A program made the translations under genes and the position numbers. A DNA stretch of 64,000 bases from an uncultured Candidatus Saccharibacteria bacterium (GTDB lineage: Bacteria > Patescibacteriota > Minisyncoccia > Phycocordibacterales > UBA9973). The stretch spans positions 32,069 through 96,068 of the forward strand of contig CAZWJU010000002.1 in the NCBI GenBank assembly GCA_964634365.1, read 5' to 3'. The notes under the pieces are model-generated. The model had not been told where the DNA came from. It searched no databases and was given only the letters and a program-made list of their open reading frames with translations. This document shows positions 18,623 to 27,102 of the stretch, one piece after another. Position 1 is the stretch's first letter, and each line of letters starts with the position of its first letter.

Positions 18623-20359
18623 TTATAAATCATTGTAAATCTCCTGGAAAGGCAGCTCCCCTCTCAGACTCTTTATAATCGCATCTTCTTTCATGGTAAG
18701 CATGCCGTTTGCTCTAGCAACTTTGTATATCTCTGCTTCTACTGGATTAGTCAGGATTACGTGTTGCATTTCTTTGTTTACTTCAAACATTTCAAATACC
18801 GCCATGCGACCACGAGTTCCGTTTGGACATTCGGCAGAAGGCACAACTTCATACATTTTGTCTTGTTTAGGTAGCTGTGCTCTGTATTTTTCAGGAAGAT
18901 CTTTGAACTGCTTGTCTAGAAGTTCTTTCATTGCTTCATCCATAGGAACTTCTTTGCGTGAGTCTTCACACACAACACGCGCAAGACGTTGAGCTATAGA
19001 GAGTATGAGTGTTGGCGCAATCAAGTATGGATCAACTCCCATATCTACTAGACGAGGGACTACACCAACAGCAGAGTTTGTGTGTAGAGTAGACAAAACC
19101 AAGTGTCCAGTAAGAGCCGCCTGTATCGCGAGCTGAGCTGTTTCTTTGTCGCGTATTTCCCCCACCATTATTATGTTCGGATCTTGACGCAATATTGAAC
19201 GTAAACCTGAAGCAAAAGAGTATCCGATCTCTGGCATAACCTGAGACTGGTTCACATCTGGAATCTGATATTCAACTGGATCTTCTAGAGATACTACGTT
19301 TGATTTTTCTTTATCGAGTTCGTTTAACATCGAGTATACAGTTGTAGACTTACCGGAACCTGTTGGACCCGTCATAAGTATAAGACCGTATGGTTTTGCC
19401 AATGCATCTTTTATGAGCTTGTAGTTGTGTTCGGACAAGCCTAGTTCTGAAAGTTTCTTCACACCACGAGAAGAATCGAGGATTCTCATTACCACTTTTT
19501 CACCATAGTAGGCTGGAAATGTAGATACACGAAATTCTACTTTTCTACCAGCAATCTTTGTAGCAAAGCTTCCGTCTTGTGGCTTGCGTTTTTCGTCTAG
19601 ACGTAGTTTTGCCATTATCTTTATGCGAGCAACTATACCTGCATATACGTTCAAAGGCAGAACTAGACTTGTGTGCAGTACGCCGTCTACACGAAAGCGA
19701 ACCTTGACCTTATATCCAGTATTTTCAATGTGTATATCAGAAGCGTTCCCTTCTGTTGCGTGGCGCAATATAACCGCTACGACTTTTATAATCGGAGCAT
19801 CTTCAACTATGCGCTCTTCTTCACCTGGTTTTAATTTTGCTTGAATATTTCTATCTTCTATTACAATATCGCCAGTATTTACAGACTCCATCTCTTTATC
19901 GATTTCAGATATTGCTTCGTCGACTTCTCCGGTTAGGCCTTCGTAATTTTTCAAAATACCTTCAAATGCCTTATTTGATATCAAAAATATCTTATAAGGA
20001 ATATTCATTTTTGAAGTTATAAATTGTATAGCATCTATCGCACCTATATTATCAGGATTTACTATACCCACCTCAAGCACTCCGTCTCTTATACCAAGAG
20101 GTACAAACATATAATGCTTTGCTGAATCTTCTGGAATATATTTCAAAGTTTCAGAAGTGATTTGTTTTATATCAACATCTTTTGTAGGAATTTTGAAAAA
20201 GCCACCTTTCATTTCCAAAAGCTTTTTTTCATCTAAACCTAGCTCCACAAGCATGTCGTCGATGTTGCCGCCGTGTTTTTCATCGGCTAGTCTAACTACC
20301 TCACTTATTTGATTGTCTGTAATAATACCCTGACCTGCAAGGTGTTCTAAAAAAGTCAT
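18623..20359 (-). CDS. pilB: Type IV pilus assembly ATPase (GspE family)
   Basis: 578 aa; Walker A GPTGSGKSTT; GspE N-domain. Confidence 0.9.
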   Translation of the reverse strand: MTFLEHLAGQGIITDNQISEVVRLADEKHGGNIDDMLVELGLDEKKLLEMKGGFFKIPTKDVDIKQITSETLKYIPEDSAKHYMFVPLGIRDGVLEVGIVNPDNIGAIDAIQFITSKMNIPYKIFLISNKAFEGILKNYEGLTGEVDEAISEIDKEMESVNTGDIVIEDRNIQAKLKPGEEERIVEDAPIIKVVAVILRHATEGNASDIHIENTGYKVKVRFRVDGVLHTSLVLPLNVYAGIVARIKIMAKLRLDEKRKPQDGSFATKIAGRKVEFRVSTFPAYYGEKVVMRILDSSRGVKKLSELGLSEHNYKLIKDALAKPYGLILMTGPTGSGKSTTVYSMLNELDKEKSNVVSLEDPVEYQIPDVNQSQVMPEIGYSFASGLRSILRQDPNIIMVGEIRDKETAQLAIQAALTGHLVLSTLHTNSAVGVVPRLVDMGVDPYLIAPTLILSIAQRLARVVCEDSRKEVPMDEAMKELLDKQFKDLPEKYRAQLPKQDKMYEVVPSAECPNGTRGRMAVFEMFEVNKEMQHVILTNPVEAEIYKVARANGMLTMKEDAIIKSLRGELPFQEIYNDL

Positions 20360-20379
20360 ATAAAAATTTGAACAAACAA

Positions 20380-21000
20380 CTAATTACTTGTACCTAGAGT
20401 CTTCCAAGATACAACTGAACCGTAGACAGTCTGTCCATTGATTTTAGCGGCAGCTTTATAGAAATATGTTGTATTCGCAGTAAGACCAGAAATTGTAGCA
20501 GTATAAGGACTTGTACTGCCTAGCAATTTTGTTGTACTAGCACCAAGAGATTCTGTTAGACCCCATTCAAACCATCTCTCAGTAGCTACAGTTCCAGCAA
20601 GCAAAGCTCCTTGGAGAACTGTGCTAGAAGTAGATATAGACGTAGGTGTGTTTGTTATGACACTAGGACTTGAGACAACACTTGTAGGAGACAGGTCTGA
20701 GCCTATAGGAGCAAAAGGATTCGGACGACCTTGATTGCCAAGCTGAACAAGAGTTATAGAAAAATCTTGTAGACCTGTGAACGTATTTGCATTGAAAATA
20801 TCTCCATCGAGTTTTAGCACTTGAAGGTTCAATAGAGTAGCTAGAAACTCGTCACCCACTTCGTTTGTAGAGTCTGTATTTGCGCCGACAGTAGATAGAG
20901 TTTGATCACCTTGTTTTTTATTTGATACTAGAGAATAACCGATTGCGATTAGTGCAACCACCACTGCTACTGTTATTAGACGTTTAATAATCTTACTCAT
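20380..21000 (-). CDS. Membrane-anchored pilus-operon protein with FN3/Ig-like C-terminal domain (occupies the PilP position)
   Basis: Single N-terminal TM helix, GRPNPFAP motif, beta-rich C-terminus ending ...YFYKAAAKINGQTVYGSVVSWKT. Confidence 0.35.
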   Translation of the reverse strand: MSKIIKRLITVAVVVALIAIGYSLVSNKKQGDQTLSTVGANTDSTNEVGDEFLATLLNLQVLKLDGDIFNANTFTGLQDFSITLVQLGNQGRPNPFAPIGSDLSPTSVVSSPSVITNTPTSISTSSTVLQGALLAGTVATERWFEWGLTESLGASTTKLLGSTSPYTATISGLTANTTYFYKAAAKINGQTVYGSVVSWKTLGTSN

Positions 21001-21004
21001 ATAT

Positions 21005-21586
21005 CTAATTCTTTAACCAATATGTTTTAATCTTAATATTGTACTTGTAAAAATCTTTACCTTCTGAAGCAGTCGAATCAAAAGTGATACCCTGGATATC
21101 AACAATACGCAGACTACTTTCCAAGTCAGCCAAAAATTTTTGAAAATTATCATAAGAAGCTTGTGTAGAGAAACTCAAATCAAAAGTTCCAATATCTCTA
21201 TTTGTCATATTTAGACTAGCCCCACCTTCGGCTATAGCGTTTTCTGCACCCGCTGCTTCTTTGTTGTCGACATCAAAAGCTACGTTCGTAACTGACATAC
21301 CGTATCTAGAAGCTATATAATCAATCTCTAAAATCAATCGGATATTGTCTACGTTGTCTGGCAAAAGCTTGCGTAATCGCTCAACATCACTTGGAGCAAA
21401 TTCGTTGTACTTGGCTACTAACTCATCTCTTCTCTCTTCAAGTTGTTTTGAGTTTGCCAAAGCTTCAGTGTAAGTTGCTACTTCAGCTTTAAGTTCTTTT
21501 GTAGTTTTAAATATAGGATTTGTAAAACCCAAAAACAATCCTATGGAAGCTACAAACAAAATAATTGGAAAAATAAATCTCATCAT
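21005..21586 (-). CDS. pilO: Type IV pilus assembly protein PilO-like
   Basis: N-terminal TM plus coiled-coil, 193 aa, position after pilN. Confidence 0.55.
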   Translation of the reverse strand: MMRFIFPIILFVASIGLFLGFTNPIFKTTKELKAEVATYTEALANSKQLEERRDELVAKYNEFAPSDVERLRKLLPDNVDNIRLILEIDYIASRYGMSVTNVAFDVDNKEAAGAENAIAEGGASLNMTNRDIGTFDLSFSTQASYDNFQKFLADLESSLRIVDIQGITFDSTASEGKDFYKYNIKIKTYWLKN

Positions 21587-21590
21587 AAAA

Positions 21591-22283
21591 TTATGGGTTT
21601 AATTGGGTGCTATTAGTAGTACCTGCAGGCAATGTTGTATCTACTGTTTCTAGGTCGACCGTTGCACTTTCTGATGAATCGGACACAGCAGATCTGTTTA
21701 CGAATTCTGTATATGAAAGATATGTAGGATCAACTGTAAATTCTAAATCGAAATTTACCTTACCGCTCGCGTCAACCAACAAATTTGAAAAGATAGGATC
21801 TTTTATGTATTTATTTTGCAAAAACATATCGGATTGTAGAGCTATAGGTGTATACCCGCTTGAAGATTGGCCTCGAAGTTTTATATTTACCACTCCTCCG
21901 TTTTCTTTGTCGATTTCATAATCCATACTTGTATAGCGAATAGTCTTCAGAGTAAGTGTCTCAAGTGTTTCAAATATTGGACTTATAACTGTGTGACTAG
22001 ATATAACACTCTCGGCTGCAGACAATCTACGATCTAGATTTTCAAGATCAGTGATAAGTGAAGGCTCAAAACGAGCCTTAGCTTTATCTAGCTGACTAGA
22101 CATACTGTCTACTTGCTTTATGAGTGAAGCTCTATAAAAATACACACCTGCTGCAGAAGCTAGAGATGCAAAAAAAACTAGTGTTGCAAAAAACACAAGT
22201 AAACTCGCAGGTCTACGTGTGGTAACACGCTCTTCTGCAAGAGATTTCTTAGGTATAAAAGATGTTTGAAAGTCTTTATCCAT
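21591..22283 (-). CDS. pilN: Type IV pilus assembly protein PilN-like
   Basis: Short cytoplasmic N-terminus, single TM, coiled-coil; follows pilM. Confidence 0.55.
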   Translation of the reverse strand: MDKDFQTSFIPKKSLAEERVTTRRPASLLVFFATLVFFASLASAAGVYFYRASLIKQVDSMSSQLDKAKARFEPSLITDLENLDRRLSAAESVISSHTVISPIFETLETLTLKTIRYTSMDYEIDKENGGVVNIKLRGQSSSGYTPIALQSDMFLQNKYIKDPIFSNLLVDASGKVNFDLEFTVDPTYLSYTEFVNRSAVSDSSESATVDLETVDTTLPAGTTNSTQLNP

Positions 22284-22365
22284 TTACATAAACGAAGCAC
22301 AAGCTTCTAACATTCTTATATTGTAATACGAACTAGCTAGTATGTATAGAAAATAATGTGTAAAA

Positions 22366-23511
22366 CTATGCAGATTCTTGTAAGCGACGCAGAGCAAGTC
22401 CTGCTGCAACAGCAAACTCAGGTCCAGCAGTCTCAAGTACATTGTCTAAAAATGCAGGTGCTTCTACTTTATCAAAAGGCTTAGCCATCACAACCTCTGA
22501 TCTCAATTGTTCTGTTGCTCTCTCTTTGAAACCTTTCAACAAAACTCCCCCGCCAGTTAGTATCACCTTGCTTATAGTTTTACCGTATTGTCTTTCGTAA
22601 TTTAAAATAGCGCTATTTGTTTCACTCAATATATAGTCTACAGACAGAGAAATAATTTCTGGCATACTCTGATCTTTTTGATTGCCAAACATTCCAAACT
22701 CTCTTTTCATTTGCTCTGCTTGCAAAAAAGTTACACCCAAAGATTTAGACAGTGCATTTGTTATGTCTTGACTTCCTCTGTCTATACTGTGGAACTTTCT
22801 TACAATCCCGTACTCTATGATAGATAATTTGGTTTTTAGTGCACCCATATCGATTATGAGAACAGTTGAAAGCTCTCTACCAAAACTACTTCGTATACTA
22901 GAAAAAAGTTCGATTTCAAAAAAATCTACTGATAGATTTGTCTTTGCGATTATATCTCTATATTTTTGTATAGTGTCATTGTGAATAGCAGCGACCAAGA
23001 CTTCTGTTTTTGGAGACTCTTTTATAGGCTTACCGTCTGGTCCAACAGCTCCATCTAACGCAGAATCTTTTTTAGGAATCGGCCACCAATCAAGTGAAAC
23101 TTCAGATATTGGAACTGGAATATATTTTCTAGCTTCAGTCGGTATAATAGAAGCTAACTGACTTTCATCTATAACTGCAGGTAGTTCAATCAAAAAAACT
23201 AAACTAGAAGAAGCAGGTATAGAAACTGCACCCTGTTTTGTAGTTATACCAGCCTCGCGCATAACATCTGTAAGTGCCTGGGCAACTTTCTCTATAGGTA
23301 GGTTTGTTGTCTGTCCCACTACGCCACCTTCTAAGTATGGACCGAGCGAAAGAGCGCCGTATGTCTCCAGTACTGCCTTTGCGCCTTTTTTCTTTAGCTG
23401 GACAACCTTGATAGCCGATGATCCAATATCAATACCAACAACACTGTCAGTAGAGCTCTTTTTGAAGACTGCTAGGCTATCGCTTAATATCTTTGAAAAT
23501 GGGTTTGCCAT
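22366..23511 (-). CDS. pilM: Type IV pilus assembly ATPase-fold protein PilM (actin-like)
   Basis: 382 aa from ATG 23511 (MANPFSKIL...GIDIGSSAIKVVQL). The ORF-track extension to 23847 overlaps comFC and is not coding. Confidence 0.8.
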   Translation of the reverse strand: MANPFSKILSDSLAVFKKSSTDSVVGIDIGSSAIKVVQLKKKGAKAVLETYGALSLGPYLEGGVVGQTTNLPIEKVAQALTDVMREAGITTKQGAVSIPASSSLVFLIELPAVIDESQLASIIPTEARKYIPVPISEVSLDWWPIPKKDSALDGAVGPDGKPIKESPKTEVLVAAIHNDTIQKYRDIIAKTNLSVDFFEIELFSSIRSSFGRELSTVLIIDMGALKTKLSIIEYGIVRKFHSIDRGSQDITNALSKSLGVTFLQAEQMKREFGMFGNQKDQSMPEIISLSVDYILSETNSAILNYERQYGKTISKVILTGGGVLLKGFKERATEQLRSEVVMAKPFDKVEAPAFLDNVLETAGPEFAVAAGLALRRLQESA

Positions 23512-23557
23512 ATATAAAATTAGTGTCTGTATTATATCATATATACATATTTTAGTT

Positions 23558-24208
23558 ATGAATATACTATCATCGATACTTGAATACGTATTCCCCACCA
23601 AATGCATAGGGTGTAAAAACATAGGCGACATATTGTGCGAGCAGTGCCTACAAAAAATCCCCGAGCCTAAACATCCTGTAGATAGTTTTATACACGCATG
23701 TTTTTCATATAAAAACGGAACAGTGAAGTACGCACTCTGGCTTCTAAAATACCACGGCAAGTTTCCTATTGCGAAGATATTTGGCAATACACTGTATGAA
23801 TACAATATAGACATATTAAGTGAAAAAAATATGTTCGACTCTGGCAAGGAAACTTTAGTTGTACCTATACCAATTACAAAAAATCGTAAACGTGTGCGCG
23901 GATATAATCAATCAGCTCTACTCGCAAGAGCTTTTGTAGAAAATCTTGGAGAAAAAGAATTCAAATATGGAGGAGATATCATAGAAAAAATTCGTGACAC
24001 AATCGCTCAGGCAAAAATTCGCAACCGTACAGAAAGATTGAAAAACTTGCAGGGTGCTTACAAGATTAAATCTAATGCAATTGTAAAAGGAAAAAATATA
24101 ATTTTAATCGACGATGTTTCAACTACCGGAGCAACATTAAAAGAAGCTCGCAGAGTTCTGCGTGAAGCTGGTGCAAGGAACGTAATCGCACTGGTCGTAG
24201 CGCATTAG
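23558..24208 (+). CDS. comFC: ComF-family phosphoribosyltransferase (competence protein ComFC)
   Basis: 216 aa from ATG 23558; N-terminal CxxC...CxxC zinc finger and PRTase motif ILIDDVSTTGAT. Divergent from pilM with a 46-bp intergenic region. Confidence 0.75.
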   Translation: MNILSSILEYVFPTKCIGCKNIGDILCEQCLQKIPEPKHPVDSFIHACFSYKNGTVKYALWLLKYHGKFPIAKIFGNTLYEYNIDILSEKNMFDSGKETLVVPIPITKNRKRVRGYNQSALLARAFVENLGEKEFKYGGDIIEKIRDTIAQAKIRNRTERLKNLQGAYKIKSNAIVKGKNIILIDDVSTTGATLKEARRVLREAGARNVIALVVAH

Positions 24209-24255
24209 AAAATGCTAGAAAAAACAGCTTTATTATGCTATTCTCATTTCGATAT

Positions 24256-24342
24256 GGAGACGTGTCTGAGTGGTTTAAGGTACCTCCTTGCTAAGGAGGC
24301 GAGCTGTAAAAAGCTCCGTGAGTTCGAATCTCACCGTCTCCG
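24256..24342 (+). tRNA. tRNA-Ser (anticodon GCU), type II with long variable arm
   Basis: GGAGACG...anticodon loop TTGCTAA...variable arm CGAGCTGTAAAAAGCTCCG...T-arm GTGAGTTCGAATCTCAC...CGTCTCC-G. Confidence 0.85.
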
Positions 24343-24362
24343 CCGTTTCCGTTTCAATATAT

Positions 24363-24449
24363 GGAGGATTGGGTGAGTGGTTGAAACCAGCAGTTTACTA
24401 AACTGCCGACCTGTAAAAAGGTCCGTGAGTTCGAATCTCACATCCTCCG
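24363..24449 (+). tRNA. Type II Ser-like tRNA with unusual anticodon loop TTACTAA (apparent anticodon ACU)
   Basis: GGAGGAT acceptor, 3-bp D-stem, anticodon stem GCAGT/ACTGC, long variable arm, T-arm identical to tRNA-Ser(GCU), discriminator G. Confidence 0.6.
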
Positions 24450-24453
24450 CAAA
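24432..24453 (+). repeat. att-like direct repeat copy 1 (tRNA 3' end, cgaatctcacatcctccgcaaa)
   Basis: 22-nt sequence repeated exactly at 24573-24594 and with one deletion at 26275-26293. An inverted 11-mer TGCGGAGGATG lies at 24473-24483. Confidence 0.7.
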
Positions 24454-24572
24454 TTTGAACGTAGTGAAAAACTGCGGAGGATGAACGAGTAAACTGCTTT
24501 GCTCGTGTTGAGATTCGAAAGTTTTTTCCGTACGAGTGAAACGAGGTGGAAAAATACCAGCCGTAGTATCGG

Positions 24573-24594
24573 CGAATCTCACATCCTCCGCAAA
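24573..24594 (+). repeat. att-like direct repeat copy 2 (exact 22-nt duplicate of tRNA 3' end, without the 5' half of the tRNA)
   Basis: Read directly. Confidence 0.7.
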
Positions 24595-24721
24595 GACATT
24601 TTATCATGGGAGTAAATACGTTTTCATACAGTAAATGTGCGACCCGGGTGCATAAATTGTGAACAAAAATACACGAATTATTCGTGTATTTTTGTTTGTA
24701 TCAAAATGGTAAAATATAGTC

Positions 24722-25687
24722 ATGAGAAAAGTCGGATCAGTTAAAAATGAATTACTTCAAAAATCCAGAGAATCTATGCTGGCTGCTGTCCAAATTTTTA
24801 ATAATCCAAATGTGAATTTCAAATCTGAATCATTTATAGTTTTGGCTATTATTTCGTGGACTTATCTACTACATGCTTACTATAGAGAGAAAAAGATTGA
24901 ATATCGTTACTTTGATCAGAAAGAACAAAGAAAGAGGTTTCATTTAACAAAAAATGGGGCTTATAAATATTGGGAATTAGAACGTTGTTTAAATGAAAAG
25001 AAATGTCCCATTGATAAGACTACAGTAGCAAACTTATTATTTCTGATTGGATTAAGACATGAGATTGAACATCAGATGACTACTCGAATTGATGATCTTC
25101 TTAGTGCAAGATTTCAAGCTTGTTGTTTAAACTATAATAAATATCTCAAATCACTTTTTCCACAACAAGATAGTATTGAAAAATACCTCTCTTTTAGTTT
25201 ACAGTTCTCATCTTTAAGTGAAAAACAAGTTGATCAATTAAATGATTATAAGGATTTACCTAAAAACATATCTCTATTTATTGAACAATACGATGAGAGT
25301 TTAACATAGGATGTTTTTAATGATAGTAAATTTTCCTATAGAGTTTTATTTGTTCCTAAAACAGCAAATAGAAAAGGTCAGGCTGACAAAGTAATTGAGT
25401 TTGTTGATCCAAAGTCAGAAATAGCAAAAGGTTTGAGTAAGGAGTATTGGGCTATTAAAGACCGAGAAAGACCAAAGTATCTACCTAGTAGTCTTTGTAA
25501 AGAAATACAAAAGCTTGGATATAAAAAATTTAGCATGCCACAACATACAAAATTATGGCAATCTCAAGATGCAAAAAATCCAACAAAGGGTTTCGGGGTT
25601 CAACTAGAAAAAACATGGTATTGGTATGAAAATTGGTTTGAGTTTGTAAAGAAGCATTGCGAAGATAATAAGGCTATGTACTCTTAA
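24722..25687 (+). pseudogene. DUF3644-like (Abi/HEPN-associated-type) gene split by a single in-frame TAG at 25307-25309
   Basis: The ORFs 24722-25309 and 25433-25687 are in the same frame; translation across the TAG is continuous (..EQYDESLT*DVFNDSKFSYRVLFVPKTANRKG..). N-terminal block MLAAVQIFNNPNVNFKSESFIVLAIISWTYLLHAYY. Confidence 0.55.
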
Positions 25688-26274
25688 TCAGGAAGAGTTA
25701 GTTTTTTATCTTATCTATAGCGATTGTGAATGAGTAGGTATAGCTTATACCTATGATACTTTGTATACTTACTAAGTACATATGTAGCTACCCCTGGCTA
25801 GAGGGATAACTACAAGATTCATCTTAAAGAGGAATCTTGCGAACTTCACGAACACATAGATTTGGATACCTATTTGCATAGGCTTCTGTTACTATTTGTC
25901 CATTATCGACACGACGATAAATTATCTGTGTGCGATATTTACTTTGTTTAGGCATATTAAATATGATTAACTTAGTTCTAATAATTCGACCTTTACGGCT
26001 GTAATTTACAGCCAGTTTTCATCTGTGTTACAAGACCATAAAGGGAGTGCCTTTCGCTAGAGATAGCTGCACATATACTTAGTTGTAAAAGATCTACTTA
26101 ATACTCTTAATATATCAAATTACAATACCTTTTGATACAAAACAGCGTAGGTGTCTCATTTTTTACAAAATACCTTTATTTTCAAATACAGTGACCCCGA
26201 ATCACTTACCTAAATGAGACACTCTAAAAAGTGCCGTAATAGTCCTATCAACATTAAGAGCGTAAGTACTTAAA

Positions 26275-26293
26275 TCACACCTCCGCAAATTTT
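26275..26293 (+). repeat. att-like direct repeat copy 3 (tcacacctccgcaaatttt; 1-nt deletion relative to tRNA 3' end)
   Basis: Read directly; abuts the kinase promoter. Confidence 0.6.
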
Positions 26294-26319
26294 GTAGTAC
26301 ATACCTCACAAGGTATAAT
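26292..26319 (+). promoter_or_regulatory. Promoter TTGTAG - 16 nt - TATAAT; the -10 ends 6 nt before the ATG (probable leaderless mRNA)
   Basis: TATAAT at 26314-26319, ATG at 26326. Confidence 0.45.
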
Positions 26320-26325
26320 GCTTTC

Positions 26326-27078
26326 ATGACCGAATCTGAACAAATCGAACAACTTAAAAAAGAGAACGAGGAACTCAAGCAACAAAACGCACTAAAAAGT
26401 AATTGGATTTCGATATCTGCTCACCAACTCCGCACTACCCTATCTGCTGTAAAGTGGATTTTGCGAATGTTTTTAGATAAAGATTTTGGCGAACTTACAC
26501 CAGAACAAGCAGATTTTATGAAACGCGCTAGCGATTCGAACGACCGTATGCTCGCACTTGTAAATGAAATGCTGTCACTAAACCACGCAGACACAACATC
26601 TCTAACCTACAACTTCGAAGAAGTAGATATGGTTAAACTTATAGATGAAACTTTGTTTGATTTTTCTAGTGAAGCTTTCAAAAAAGGTATCGAGACAATC
26701 TTCTTGAAGCCAGAAATTTCAATAGAAGAGATAACCTGCGACAAAGAAAAAATAAGAGTTGTTATCCAAAACTTAATCGAGAATGCAATAAAATACAGTA
26801 ACCCAAAAGACAAGGTGCTTATATCTATCCACGCAAATGAAAAAGAGGTGGGGGTTTCAATAAAAGATACAGGAATAGGAATACCTACAAGCGAACAGGA
26901 GCAAATCTTTGGAAAATTCTACAGAGCGACGAATGCAAAGGTAAAAGATTCTATTGGATCAGGATTGGGGCTATATACAATCAAACATATTATTGAGCAT
27001 CATGGGGGTAAAATAAGTTTCAAGTCCGTAGAAAATGAAGGCACAACATTCACATTTTCAATACCCTTGCACAGATAA
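26326..27078 (+). CDS. Cytoplasmic sensor histidine kinase (HisKA + HATPase_c, N-terminal coiled-coil, no TM)
   Basis: H-box ISAHQLRTTLSAV, N-box NLIENAIKYS, G-boxes DTGIGIP and GSGLGLYTIK. Confidence 0.85.
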   Translation: MTESEQIEQLKKENEELKQQNALKSNWISISAHQLRTTLSAVKWILRMFLDKDFGELTPEQADFMKRASDSNDRMLALVNEMLSLNHADTTSLTYNFEEVDMVKLIDETLFDFSSEAFKKGIETIFLKPEISIEEITCDKEKIRVVIQNLIENAIKYSNPKDKVLISIHANEKEVGVSIKDTGIGIPTSEQEQIFGKFYRATNAKVKDSIGSGLGLYTIKHIIEHHGGKISFKSVENEGTTFTFSIPLHR

Positions 27079-27102
27079 GAAGTCGCGAGTACAATACAAC
27101 AT

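Larger units (their letters stand above)
24432..26293. mobile_element. Putative degraded integrated islet (~1.85 kb) bounded by direct repeats of the tRNA 3' end; no integrase retained
   Basis: Direct repeats tcaca(t)cctccgcaaattt at 24438-24456 and 26275-26293. Interior is AT-rich and partly non-coding, with a stop-interrupted accessory gene. Confidence 0.45.

Noticed and set aside
22366-23847. ORF-track 493-aa version of pilM and 266-aa version of comFC (23408-24208) overlapping each other head-to-head
   Set aside because: The extensions run through the shared promoter region and overlap on opposite strands. The conserved PilM (MANPFSK..GIDIGSSAIK) and ComFC (MNILSS..CIGC) sequences begin at internal ATGs 23511 and 23558, so the upstream parts are non-coding read-through.
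24455-24600. Possible third tRNA gene or intron-containing tRNA between the two copies of the tRNA 3' end
   Set aside because: The region has the acceptor-end sequences (GGAGGATG ... CATCCTCCGCA) but no D-arm or anticodon arm can be built. It is better explained as a partial 3'-end duplication plus an inverted 11-mer, an att-type remnant.
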